A stretch of 64,000 bases of DNA, taken from positions 3,658,001 through 3,722,000 of the forward strand of contig OZ251223.1 in assembly GCA_965240325.2 (NCBI GenBank), written 5' to 3'. Below the pieces are notes generated by a model. That model had not been told where the DNA came from, did not search any database, and saw nothing but the letters and a program-made list of their open reading frames with translations. Positions 11,985-23,088 of the stretch are shown here, piece after piece. Each line of letters begins with the position of its first letter. Position 1 is the stretch's first letter. Position numbers and translations under genes: made by a program. This DNA is from Rebecca billardiae RCC1528 (Eukaryota > Protista > Haptophyta).

Positions 11985-12431
11985 TCACATGTACCCCAGC
12001 CCGAGCTCCGTAACGCTCTCGCCGGTCACGACCACCTCACCGCTGTCCTGGAGCTTCTGCAATCGCGGCCGGAACTTGAGGAAGTGGCGCGTCGACTTGT
12101 GGTAGTCGAGGTAGTCCGCCTTTGTGCGGTACCGCTCGACGAGTGTGATGCTGAGCGGGTCCTTATCGGACTGGCACGCCTCGTACGACAGCGTCCCCGC
12201 CTCGTGATCGCGTACTGCAGCGGCCATCGGCGCAAAGTCGCGCAGGAAAGTCTGAAGTGATGCCTCTGAGGTGAACGTGAGCTTGACGATGAGCATCCAG
12301 GCGCGGTCAGCAGTGCGATTCGTTGCTAGGCGCTGCCGTGCCCACTGCCCAAACGACCACTGCAACGTCGCCCCCAGAAGTACCAGCAGCACTTCCTTTA
12401 CGCCAAGGCGCAGGCCGAGGCCCGCCGCCAT
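11985..12431 (-). CDS. ABM (antibiotic biosynthesis monooxygenase-like) domain protein
   Basis: VRDHEAGTLSYE..QSDKDP..ITLVERY.....YLDYHKSTRHF pattern, with an N-terminal hydrophobic segment. ATG at 12431. Confidence 0.8.
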   Translation of the reverse strand: MAAGLGLRLGVKEVLLVLLGATLQWSFGQWARQRLATNRTADRAWMLIVKLTFTSEASLQTFLRDFAPMAAAVRDHEAGTLSYEACQSDKDPLSITLVERYRTKADYLDYHKSTRHFLKFRPRLQKLQDSGEVVVTGESVTELGLGYM

Positions 12432-12463
12432 GGCCGAAATCGCCCGGAGATTTTGCAAGCGTA

Positions 12464-13257
12464 TAGGGACCCACAAATTTAGTTGCCGGCTGCAGCAGGC
12501 ACGACTTTGTCTCAGCCCGCACGCCCGCTACGCGCCGACCCGGGCAGAGCCCATCCGCCCGCGCATGCACCAGGCCCAGCCGCGTCAGTACATACCCACC
12601 CGGCCGCGGCACCCGCGCTCTGTGCGCCACGGTGTCGATGCGCCCGGCAGTCGGTGCGCATGCACGAGCCAGCCGGCGGGCAGCTACGGGCTGGTTTTCG
12701 GCGTGGAGCGCGGTCGTGTGAGCTGCATTAATTCAGCTGACCCCCGGCTTTTGTGCATTCGGGAGTCGTGCTGCTACGGTGGGCGTGCCACGCGCCAACT
12801 CGACGCTGGCAAAATTAGGCGACGAAAGTGCACGCGCAGCCACACGCAGCCCATATTGATGCTCTCGGAGCAGGCTCGGGCATGCACTCGATCGGCTCTG
12901 GCTGACGGCAGCGCCAAGCTGGCGGCGCGGCGCGAGGGTGCATGCGTGGCGTGGGCGGAGCTACGTCGCACACGCACCGCGCGGCGCGCGGCTCAGCGCA
13001 CGGAGGCTGCCGACAGCCGGCGGCACGCAGGCAGGTCTGCTCGCCGCCAGTCGAGCTCGCCGGCCGCCGGGTACCAAACGTCAACCCAGGATGCACAGCC
13101 ACGCCTATTTGCGAGGACTCGAGCAATCGGGTCCGGGCGCACCTCATGTGCACGGCAGTGGAGTGGGCCAAGTACGCCCCTGGTATGGTGGCGCGCCGCT
13201 GCTTTGCTGCGCTGATATGGCGAACAATGTCGGGAGGCTTAAACTTGTGAGGGACTA
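12464..13257. repeat. Terminal direct repeat A, left copy (794 bp) with imperfect 18-bp inverted ends
   Basis: Matches 24869-25662 by eye and by identical six-frame translations. A partial third copy lies at 18969-19201. Confidence 0.92.
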
Positions 13258-13268
13258 AGTGAGCAGCC

Positions 13269-16200
13269 TCGGCTGAGGCCGTGAGCTGCCGTAGGCTGAT
13301 CTGACCCGACAAAAGTCGGCGCGCGAGCGCGCGCGCGCGCGGCGCGGCGCCGCCCCGCTGGCACGTGGGCTCGGTGTGCCTGGGCCGCGCCGAGTGCCCC
13401 GCACCCGGATCTCGCCCAGCTAGCTCGTCCTCGCCGCGCTCTGAGGCCCCCGTAGCAGTCGTAGCTGCTCGCCGCCGCCGCAGATCGTGAAGACCAGCTG
13501 CTGTCAGCTGCTCGCTCTGAGCCGGGACATGGGGCCGCGTGGAGGAGGCGCCGTGCGGCCGGGCGCGCGCGTGCGCGTCGAGCGGCCCCTGGGCGCACTG
13601 CTCACGCGTCGGCGCGCCCGCCCGGCGCGCGCATCATCGCTCAGTCGCGCCGCTCTGCTGAGCTAGCCGCCGCTGGTCGCAGCCGTCGGCTGAGGCCGTG
13701 AGCTGCCGTAGGCTGATCTGACCCGACAAAAGTCGGCGCGCGAGCGCGCGCGCGCGCGGCGCGGCGCCGCCCCGCTGGCACGTGGGCTCGGTGCGCCTGG
13801 GCCGCGCCGAGTGCCCCGCACCCCGATCTCGCCCAGCTAGCTCGTCCTCGCCGCGCTCTGAGGCCCCCGTAGCAGTCGTAGCTGCTCGCCGCCGCCGCAG
13901 ATCGTGAAGACCAGCTGCTGTCAGCTGCTCGCTCTGAGCCGGGACATGGGGCCGCGAGGAGGAGGCGCCGTGCGGCCGGGCGCGCGCGTGCGCGTCGAGC
14001 GGCCCCGGGGCGCACTGCTCACGCGTCGGCGTGCCCGCCCGGCGCGCGCATCATCGCTCAGTCGCGCCGCTCTGCTGAGCTAGCCGCCGCTGGTCGCAGC
14101 CGTCGGCTGAGGCCGTGAGCTGCCGTCAGCTGATCTGACCCGACAAAAGTCGGCGCGCGAGCGCGCGCGCGCGCGCGGCGCCGCGCCGCCCCGCTGGCAC
14201 GTGGGCTCGGTGTGCCTGGGCCACGCAGAGCACCCCGCACCCGGATCTCGCCCAGCTAGCTCGTCCTCGCCGCGCTCTGAGGCCCCCGTAGCAGTCGTAG
14301 CTGCTCGCCGCCGCCGCAGATCGTGAAGACCAGCTGCTGTCAGCTGCTCGCTCTGAGCCGGGACATGGGGCCGCGAGGAGGAGGCGCCGTGCGGCCGGGC
14401 GCGCGCGTGCGCGTCGAGCGGCCCCGGGGCGCACTGCTCACGCGTCGGCGTGCCCGCCCGGCGCGCGCATCATCGCTCAGTCGCGCCGCTCTGCTGAGCT
14501 AGCCGCCGCTGGTCGCAGCCGTCGGCTGAGGCCGTGAGCTGCCGTCAGCTGATCTGACCCGACAAAAGTCGGCGCGCGAGCGCGCGCGCGCGCGCGGCGC
14601 CGCGCCGCCCCGCTGGCACGTGGGCTCGGTGTGCCTGGGCCACGCAGAGCACCCCGCACCCGGATCTCGCCCAGCTAGCTCGTCCTCGCCGCGCTCTGAG
14701 GCCCCCGTAGCAGTCGTAGCTGCTCGCCGCCGCCGCAGATCGTGAAGACCAGCTGCTGTCAGCTGCTCGCTCTGAGCCGGGACATGGGGCCGCGTGGAGG
14801 AGGCGCCGTGCGGCCGGGCGCGCGCGTGCGCGTCGAGCGGCCCCGGGGCGCACTGCTCACGCGTCGGCGTGCCCGCCCGGCGCGCGCATCATCGCTCAGT
14901 CGCGCCGCTCTGCTGAGCTAGCCGCCGCTGGTCGCAGCCGTCGGCTGAGGCCGTGAGCTGCCGTCAGCTGATCTGACCCGACAAAAGTCGGCGCGCGAGC
15001 GCGCGCGCGCGGCGCGCCGCGCCACCTCGCTGGCACGTGGGCTCGGTGCGCCTGGGCCGCGCCGAGCACCCCGCACCCGGATCTCGCCCAGCTAGCTCGT
15101 CCTCGCCGCGCTCTGAGGCCCCCGTAGCAGTCGTAGCTGCTCGCCGCCGCCGCAGATCGTGAAGACCAGCTGCTGTCAGCTGCTCGCTCTGAGCCGGGAC
15201 ATGGGGCCGCGTGGAGGAGACGCCGTGCGGCCGGGCGCGCGCGTGCGCGTCGAGCGGCACCCGGGCGCACTGCTCACGTGTCGGCGCGCCCGCCCGGCGC
15301 GCGCATCATCGCTCAGTCGCGCCGCTCTGCTGAGCTAGCCGCCGCTGGTCGCAGCCGTCGGCTGAGGCCGTGAGCTGCCGTAAGCTGATCTGACCCGACA
15401 AAAGTCGGCGCGCGAGCGCGCGCGCGCGGCGCGCCGCGCCACCTCGCTGGCACGTGGGCTCGGTGCGCCTGGGCCGCGCCGAGCGTCCCGCACCCCGATC
15501 GCGCCCAGCCCGCGCGTCCTCGCCGCGCTCTGAGGTCCCCGTAGCAGTCGTAGCTGCTCGCCGCCGCCGCAGATCGTGAAGACCAGTTGCTGTCAGCTGC
15601 TCGCTCTGAGCCGGGACATGGGGCCGCGAGGAGGAGGCGCCGTGCGGCCGGGCGCGCGCGTGCGCGTCGAGCGGCCCCGGGGCGCACTGCTCACGCGTCG
15701 GCGTGCCCGCCCGGCGCGCGCATCATCGCTCAGTCGCGCCGCTCTGCTGAGCTAGCCGCCGCTGGTCGCAGCCGTCGGCTGAGGCCGTGAGCTGCCGTCA
15801 GCTGATCTGACCCGACAAAAGTCGGCGCGAGCGCGCGCGCGCGCGCGGCGCCGCGCCGCCCCGCTGGCACGTGGGCTCGGTGTGCCTGGGCCACGCAGAG
15901 CACCCCGCACCCGGATCTCGCCCAGCTAGCTCGTCCTCGCCGCGCTCTGAGGCCCCCGTAGCAGTCGTAGCTGCTCGCCGCCGCCGCAGATCGTGAAGAC
16001 CAGCTGCTGTCAGCTGCTCGCTCTGAGCCGGGACATGGGGCCGCGAGGAGGAGGCGCCGTGCGGCCGGGCGCGCGCGTGCGCGTCGAGCGGCCCCGGGGC
16101 GCACTGCTCACGCGTCGGCGTGCCCGCCCGGCGCGCGCATCATCGCTCAGTCGCGCCGCTCTGCTGAGCTAGCCGCCGCTGGTCGCAGCCGTCGGCTGAG

Positions 16201-17028
16201 GCCGTGAGCTGCCGTCAGCTGATCTGACCCGACAAAAGTCGGCGCGCGAGCGCGCGCGCGCGGCGCGCCGCGCCACCTCGCTGGCACGTGGGCTCGGTGC
16301 GCCTGGGCCGCGCCGAGCACCCCGCACCCGGATCTCGCCCAGCTAGCTCGTCCTCGCCGCGCTCTGAGGCCCCCGTAGCAGTCGTAGCTGCTCGCCGCCG
16401 CCGCAGATCGTGAAGACCAGCTGCTGTCAGCTGCTCGCTCTGAGCCGGGACATGGGGCCGCGTGGAGGAGACGCCGTGCGGCCGGGCGCGCGCGTGCGCG
16501 TCGAGCGGCACCCGGGCGCACTGCTCACGTGTCGGCGCGCCCGCCCGGCGCGCGCATCATCGCTCAGTCGCGCCGCTCTGCTGAGCTAGCCGCCGCTGGT
16601 CGCAGCCGTCGGCTGAGGCCGTGAGCTGCCGTAAGCTGATCTGACCCGACAAAAGTCGGCGCGCGAGCGCGCGCGCGCGGCGCGCCGCGCCACCTCGCTG
16701 GCACGTGGGCTCGGTGCGCCTGGGCCGCGCCGAGCGTCCCGCACCCCGATCGCGCCCAGCCCGCGCGTCCTCGCCGCGCTCTGAGGTCCCCGTAGCAGTC
16801 GTAGCTGCTCGCCGCCGCCGCAGATCGTGAAGACCAGTTGCTGTCAGCTGCTCGCTCTGAGCCGGGACATGGGGCCGCGTGGAGGAGGCGCCGTGCGGCC
16901 GGGCGCGCGCGCGCGCGTCGAGCGGCCCCGGGGCGCACTGCTCACGCGTCGGCGTGCCCGCCCGGCGCGCACATCATCGCTCAGTCGCGCCGCTCTGCTG
17001 AGCTAGCCGCCGCTCGTCGCAGCCGTCG
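13269..17028. repeat. Tandem array of 9 x 417-419 bp units inside the transposon (copy 1)
   Basis: cggctgaggccgtgagctg recurs at 13270, 13687, 14104, 14523, 14942, 15359, 15776, 16193 and 16610. The array ends at about 17028. Confidence 0.97.
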
Positions 17029-17144
17029 TGAGACGTGACGTTAGACGTAGAGTAAGCTATAGCCTATAGGCTGATATGATATGACTCGAGATCTACTATA
17101 CTGAGCAGCTAATAAACTATACCATCATTGTCCGACACTGCTCT

Positions 17145-18446
17145 TCAGCGCACGCGCTGCTCACCCTTGGTCTCGACGCAGTCCTGCAGCCGACGCCGAT
17201 AGGATTTGAACAGCGCCTGGATGAACTTCTTGTCGTTCCGTACCTCCTCGAACTTAGCCTTCACCACCTCCTCGAACTCCTTGAAGGTTGGCCGCTGCTT
17301 GCTCGGGTTGTCGGTGCACCACTTGTGCTTCCATGCGTTGAGAAGCTGCTCCACGCGCGCCCAGACATGCTCAATGAGCGACAAGTCGGCGCTGTTCGGC
17401 GGCCAGCTACGGCCCGGCTGACCCTCGGTCGACTTGGGGCCAAGGTGTCCCTCGGGGCCAAACCGCTCGTCGAGCCATTGGCGCACAGCCAGCGCCGTGT
17501 GGGGTGAGGCACTGTCCTGCTGGAAGATCATCTGGCTGATGAAGTTGCCGAAGAGCGCCTGGGCCTCCTTGTCCAGGAAAGGCAGCACGTCGTTCAGGTA
17601 CTCCTTCCAGCACACGCCACGGCACTGCTTGCCGCGACCATTCTCATGCGTGCGGCCGTGAGTGCCCGTGGCAAAATAGAGCGGCGTGATGCCGCGAGAG
17701 CAGGCGCCGGCGTAGCCATGGATCACGCAGTCACCTGCCTGGACCTGGTTCAGCTTGCGCTTGGGCTCGTCACGCAGCGTCCACGACATCACCGTGCTCC
17801 GGTTCGTGACGTCGAACTTGAAGTACTTCGAGTCGGTGAAGAACAGCCTGTCAACCATCGCCTTGACTCTCTGCAGCCACCGTGCGAACGCCACCCGCTT
17901 CTTCGCCTGCTGAGCCGTGATCTGCTTCCTCACCTTGAGCGGCTCCCAATCCATCTTCTTCCGCGCCGCGCGGCGTAGCGTCTCGTCGGAGACGTCGAGC
18001 GCGGACGCATCGAGCGATCCAGCACCGACGGCGCGGCACGCAGCCTTCCGCACACTCTGACCAGCCGGCCCGGCGCTGAGCTCGGACGTAAGCGCCGCCT
18101 GCGCCTTGGCACTGAGGCGTGGGCGTGGACCGCGCTTCGGCTTCCCGTCAGCATCGATGTGCCAGCCCTCCGTGTGCCAGTCCATGAACCACTTCTTCAT
18201 CGTCTTCTCGGTGACCTCGGCCGACCGCGCCGCCCTCTGGAAAGCTGAGGCCAACGGAGAGCCTTCATTGAGGCACAGCACGCACGCGCCGATCGCATGG
18301 TGAAACCTCTCCGCAGGGCCCAGGGCCTTCGGGTTGTAATCCAGAGCAATACACTCCCGCGATACCCGCCTGTTCGGAGCGTAGCCGACGCGGTGGGCGC
18401 CTTTGCGCCCGCGCCGATCTTTGGGCGCGGTCGGCGCGCGGCCCAT
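17145..18446 (-). CDS. IS630/Tc1/mariner-superfamily DDE transposase (433 aa), copy 1
   Basis: HTH-like N-terminus, GPRPRL (GRPR-like), VSDETLRR and KKRVAFA. Catalytic motifs FFTDSK, FQQDSASPH and WPPNSADLSLIEHVW. Intact and intronless. Confidence 0.93.
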   Translation of the reverse strand: MGRAPTAPKDRRGRKGAHRVGYAPNRRVSRECIALDYNPKALGPAERFHHAIGACVLCLNEGSPLASAFQRAARSAEVTEKTMKKWFMDWHTEGWHIDADGKPKRGPRPRLSAKAQAALTSELSAGPAGQSVRKAACRAVGAGSLDASALDVSDETLRRAARKKMDWEPLKVRKQITAQQAKKRVAFARWLQRVKAMVDRLFFTDSKYFKFDVTNRSTVMSWTLRDEPKRKLNQVQAGDCVIHGYAGACSRGITPLYFATGTHGRTHENGRGKQCRGVCWKEYLNDVLPFLDKEAQALFGNFISQMIFQQDSASPHTALAVRQWLDERFGPEGHLGPKSTEGQPGRSWPPNSADLSLIEHVWARVEQLLNAWKHKWCTDNPSKQRPTFKEFEEVVKAKFEEVRNDKKFIQALFKSYRRRLQDCVETKGEQRVR

Positions 18447-18768
18447 CAGCCGCCGCCGGCTGCTTGGCCACGACCGAAGATGAGTGCACGTTACGTCCCG
18501 AGCCGCCCAAAGTTGATCTTACAGCTGACGAAGCGGTGTGGCCTCTATTCGAACTCGTTCCGTCCATGGCGAGCGCCCCAGCGACGCAGCCGCCGCGTGC
18601 GCTGGGGCCGCACGCCCTCGCGGATGTGCGCTGGGCACGAGCTCGGCGCCACGGGTTGAGCTCGTCGAGCTATGACAAGCGGCGTGGCGCAAGTCCAACC
18701 CAGTGGAGGCCCCAACTGCCGGCCCCGCCGCCGCGCGGGAGCGTCCGATTAACCTCAGCTGCTCTGCG

Positions 18769-18968
18769 NNNNNNNNNNNNNNNNNNNNNNNNNNNNNNNN
18801 NNNNNNNNNNNNNNNNNNNNNNNNNNNNNNNNNNNNNNNNNNNNNNNNNNNNNNNNNNNNNNNNNNNNNNNNNNNNNNNNNNNNNNNNNNNNNNNNNNNN
18901 NNNNNNNNNNNNNNNNNNNNNNNNNNNNNNNNNNNNNNNNNNNNNNNNNNNNNNNNNNNNNNNNNNNN
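18769..18968. other. Assembly gap (200 N)
   Basis: Run of exactly 200 n characters. Confidence 0.99.
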
Positions 18969-19212
18969 ACGCAGGCAGGTCTGCTCGCCGCCAGTCGAGC
19001 TCGCCGGCCGCCGGGTACCAAACGTCAACCCAGGATGCACAGCCACGCCTATTTGCGAGGACTCGAGCAATCGGGTCCGGGCGCACCTCATGTGCACGGC
19101 AGTGGAGTGGGCCAAGTACGCCCCTGGTATGGTGGCGCGCCGCTGCTTTGCTGCGCTGATATGGCGAACAATGTCGGGAGGCTTAAACTTGTGAGGGACT
19201 AAGTGAGCAGCC

Positions 19213-22200
19213 TCGGCTGAGGCCGTGAGCTGCCGTAGGCTGATCTGACCCGACAAAAGTCGGCGCGCGAGCGCGCGCGCGCGCGGCGCGGCGCCGCCCC
19301 GCTGGCACGTGGGCTCGGTGTGCCTGGGCCGCGCCGAGTGCCCCGCACCCGGATCTCGCCCAGCTAGCTCGTCCTCGCCGCGCTCTGAGGCCCCCGTAGC
19401 AGTCGTAGCTGCTCGCCGCCGCCGCAGATCGTGAAGACCAGCTGCTGTCAGCTGCTCGCTCTGAGCCGGGACATGGGGCCGCGTGGAGGAGGCGCCGTGC
19501 GGCCGGGCGCGCGCGTGCGCGTCGAGCGGCCCCTGGGCGCACTGCTCACGCGTCGGCGCGCCCGCCCGGCGCGCGCATCATCGCTCAGTCGCGCCGCTCT
19601 GCTGAGCTAGCCGCCGCTGGTCGCAGCCGTCGGCTGAGGCCGTGAGCTGCCGTAGGCTGATCTGACCCGACAAAAGTCGGCGCGCGAGCGCGCGCGCGCG
19701 CGGCGCGGCGCCGCCCCGCTGGCACGTGGGCTCGGTGCGCCTGGGCCGCGCCGAGTGCCCCGCACCCCGATCTCGCCCAGCTAGCTCGTCCTCGCCGCGC
19801 TCTGAGGCCCCCGTAGCAGTCGTAGCTGCTCGCCGCCGCCGCAGATCGTGAAGACCAGCTGCTGTCAGCTGCTCGCTCTGAGCCGGGACATGGGGCCGCG
19901 AGGAGGAGGCGCCGTGCGGCCGGGCGCGCGCGTGCGCGTCGAGCGGCCCCGGGGCGCACTGCTCACGCGTCGGCGTGCCCGCCCGGCGCGCGCATCATCG
20001 CTCAGTCGCGCCGCTCTGCTGAGCTAGCCGCCGCTGGTCGCAGCCGTCGGCTGAGGCCGTGAGCTGCCGTCAGCTGATCTGACCCGACAAAAGTCGGCGC
20101 GCGAGCGCGCGCGCGCGCGCGGCGCCGCGCCGCCCCGCTGGCACGTGGGCTCGGTGTGCCTGGGCCACGCAGAGCACCCCGCACCCGGATCTCGCCCAGC
20201 TAGCTCGTCCTCGCCGCGCTCTGAGGCCCCCGTAGCAGTCGTAGCTGCTCGCCGCCGCCGCAGATCGTGAAGACCAGCTGCTGTCAGCTGCTCGCTCTGA
20301 GCCGGGACATGGGGCCGCGAGGAGGAGGCGCCGTGCGGCCGGGCGCGCGCGTGCGCGTCGAGCGGCCCCGGGGCGCACTGCTCACGCGTCGGCGTGCCCG
20401 CCCGGCGCGCGCATCATCGCTCAGTCGCGCCGCTCTGCTGAGCTAGCCGCCGCTGGTCGCAGCCGTCGGCTGAGGCCGTGAGCTGCCGTCAGCTGATCTG
20501 ACCCGACAAAAGTCGGCGCGCGAGCGCGCGCGCGCGCGCGGCGCCGCGCCGCCCCGCTGGCACGTGGGCTCGGTGTGCCTGGGCCACGCAGAGCACCCCG
20601 CACCCGGATCTCGCCCAGCTAGCTCGTCCTCGCCGCGCTCTGAGGCCCCCGTAGCAGTCGTAGCTGCTCGCCGCCGCCGCAGATCGTGAAGACCAGCTGC
20701 TGTCAGCTGCTCGCTCTGAGCCGGGACATGGGGCCGCGTGGAGGAGGCGCCGTGCGGCCGGGCGCGCGCGTGCGCGTCGAGCGGCCCCGGGGCGCACTGC
20801 TCACGCGTCGGCGTGCCCGCCCGGCGCGCGCATCATCGCTCAGTCGCGCCGCTCTGCTGAGCTAGCCGCCGCTGGTCGCAGCCGTCGGCTGAGGCCGTGA
20901 GCTGCCGTCAGCTGATCTGACCCGACAAAAGTCGGCGCGCGAGCGCGCGCGCGCGGCGCGCCGCGCCACCTCGCTGGCACGTGGGCTCGGTGCGCCTGGG
21001 CCGCGCCGAGCACCCCGCACCCGGATCTCGCCCAGCTAGCTCGTCCTCGCCGCGCTCTGAGGCCCCCGTAGCAGTCGTAGCTGCTCGCCGCCGCCGCAGA
21101 TCGTGAAGACCAGCTGCTGTCAGCTGCTCGCTCTGAGCCGGGACATGGGGCCGCGTGGAGGAGACGCCGTGCGGCCGGGCGCGCGCGTGCGCGTCGAGCG
21201 GCACCCGGGCGCACTGCTCACGTGTCGGCGCGCCCGCCCGGCGCGCGCATCATCGCTCAGTCGCGCCGCTCTGCTGAGCTAGCCGCCGCTGGTCGCAGCC
21301 GTCGGCTGAGGCCGTGAGCTGCCGTAAGCTGATCTGACCCGACAAAAGTCGGCGCGCGAGCGCGCGCGCGCGGCGCGCCGCGCCACCTCGCTGGCACGTG
21401 GGCTCGGTGCGCCTGGGCCGCGCCGAGCGTCCCGCACCCCGATCGCGCCCAGCCCGCGCGTCCTCGCCGCGCTCTGAGGTCCCCGTAGCAGTCGTAGCTG
21501 CTCGCCGCCGCCGCAGATCGTGAAGACCAGTTGCTGTCAGCTGCTCGCTCTGAGCCGGGACATGGGGCCGCGAGGAGGAGGCGCCGTGCGGCCGGGCGCG
21601 CGCGTGCGCGTCGAGCGGCCCCGGGGCGCACTGCTCACGCGTCGGCGTGCCCGCCCGGCGCGCGCATCATCGCTCAGTCGCGCCGCTCTGCTGAGCTAGC
21701 CGCCGCTGGTCGCAGCCGTCGGCTGAGGCCGTGAGCTGCCGTCAGCTGATCTGACCCGACAAAAGTCGGCGCGAGCGCGCGCGCGCGCGCGGCGCCGCGC
21801 CGCCCCGCTGGCACGTGGGCTCGGTGTGCCTGGGCCACGCAGAGCACCCCGCACCCGGATCTCGCCCAGCTAGCTCGTCCTCGCCGCGCTCTGAGGCCCC
21901 CGTAGCAGTCGTAGCTGCTCGCCGCCGCCGCAGATCGTGAAGACCAGCTGCTGTCAGCTGCTCGCTCTGAGCCGGGACATGGGGCCGCGAGGAGGAGGCG
22001 CCGTGCGGCCGGGCGCGCGCGTGCGCGTCGAGCGGCCCCGGGGCGCACTGCTCACGCGTCGGCGTGCCCGCCCGGCGCGCGCATCATCGCTCAGTCGCGC
22101 CGCTCTGCTGAGCTAGCCGCCGCTGGTCGCAGCCGTCGGCTGAGGCCGTGAGCTGCCGTCAGCTGATCTGACCCGACAAAAGTCGGCGCGCGAGCGCGCG

Positions 22201-22972
22201 CGCGCGGCGCGCCGCGCCACCTCGCTGGCACGTGGGCTCGGTGCGCCTGGGCCGCGCCGAGCACCCCGCACCCGGATCTCGCCCAGCTAGCTCGTCCTCG
22301 CCGCGCTCTGAGGCCCCCGTAGCAGTCGTAGCTGCTCGCCGCCGCCGCAGATCGTGAAGACCAGCTGCTGTCAGCTGCTCGCTCTGAGCCGGGACATGGG
22401 GCCGCGTGGAGGAGACGCCGTGCGGCCGGGCGCGCGCGTGCGCGTCGAGCGGCACCCGGGCGCACTGCTCACGTGTCGGCGCGCCCGCCCGGCGCGCGCA
22501 TCATCGCTCAGTCGCGCCGCTCTGCTGAGCTAGCCGCCGCTGGTCGCAGCCGTCGGCTGAGGCCGTGAGCTGCCGTAAGCTGATCTGACCCGACAAAAGT
22601 CGGCGCGCGAGCGCGCGCGCGCGGCGCGCCGCGCCACCTCGCTGGCACGTGGGCTCGGTGCGCCTGGGCCGCGCCGAGCGTCCCGCACCCCGATCGCGCC
22701 CAGCCCGCGCGTCCTCGCCGCGCTCTGAGGTCCCCGTAGCAGTCGTAGCTGCTCGCCGCCGCCGCAGATCGTGAAGACCAGTTGCTGTCAGCTGCTCGCT
22801 CTGAGCCGGGACATGGGGCCGCGTGGAGGAGGCGCCGTGCGGCCGGGCGCGCGCGCGCGCGTCGAGCGGCCCCGGGGCGCACTGCTCACGCGTCGGCGTG
22901 CCCGCCCGGCGCGCACATCATCGCTCAGTCGCGCCGCTCTGCTGAGCTAGCCGCCGCTCGTCGCAGCCGTCG
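19213..22972. repeat. Tandem array of 9 x 417-419 bp units (copy 2, same variant order as copy 1)
   Basis: Offset of 5944 from copy 1, with identical ORF translations in the same order. Confidence 0.95.
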
Positions 22973-23088
22973 TGAGACGTGACGTTAGACGTAGAGTAAG
23001 CTATAGCCTATAGGCTGATATGATATGACTCGAGATCTACTATACTGAGCAGCTAATAAACTATACCATCATTGTCCGACACTGCTCT

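Noticed and set aside
12483-13250. Protein-coding gene inside terminal repeat A
   Set aside because: Only short or non-ATG ORFs with no recognisable domain. A non-coding RNA cannot be excluded.
13635-13675. tRNA/SINE-like head or hammerhead ribozyme in the repeat unit (minus strand GGCTAGCTCAGCAGAGC)
   Set aside because: It resembles a D-arm/A-box, but there is no B-box (GTTCRA) or cloverleaf, and no CTGANGA plus GAAA hammerhead core on either strand.
13239-16938. Repeated 102-124 aa ORFs (MRPGAARR...) in the array
   Set aside because: They start at GTG, are low-complexity Arg/Ala-rich, and are frameshifted in the 419-bp units. They are by-products of GC-rich repeats.
13269-17028. Array as a CRISPR-like or guide array
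   Set aside because: Units are near-identical over their whole length, with only SNP-level variants and no unique spacers. No Cas, TnpB or Fanzor ORF is nearby.
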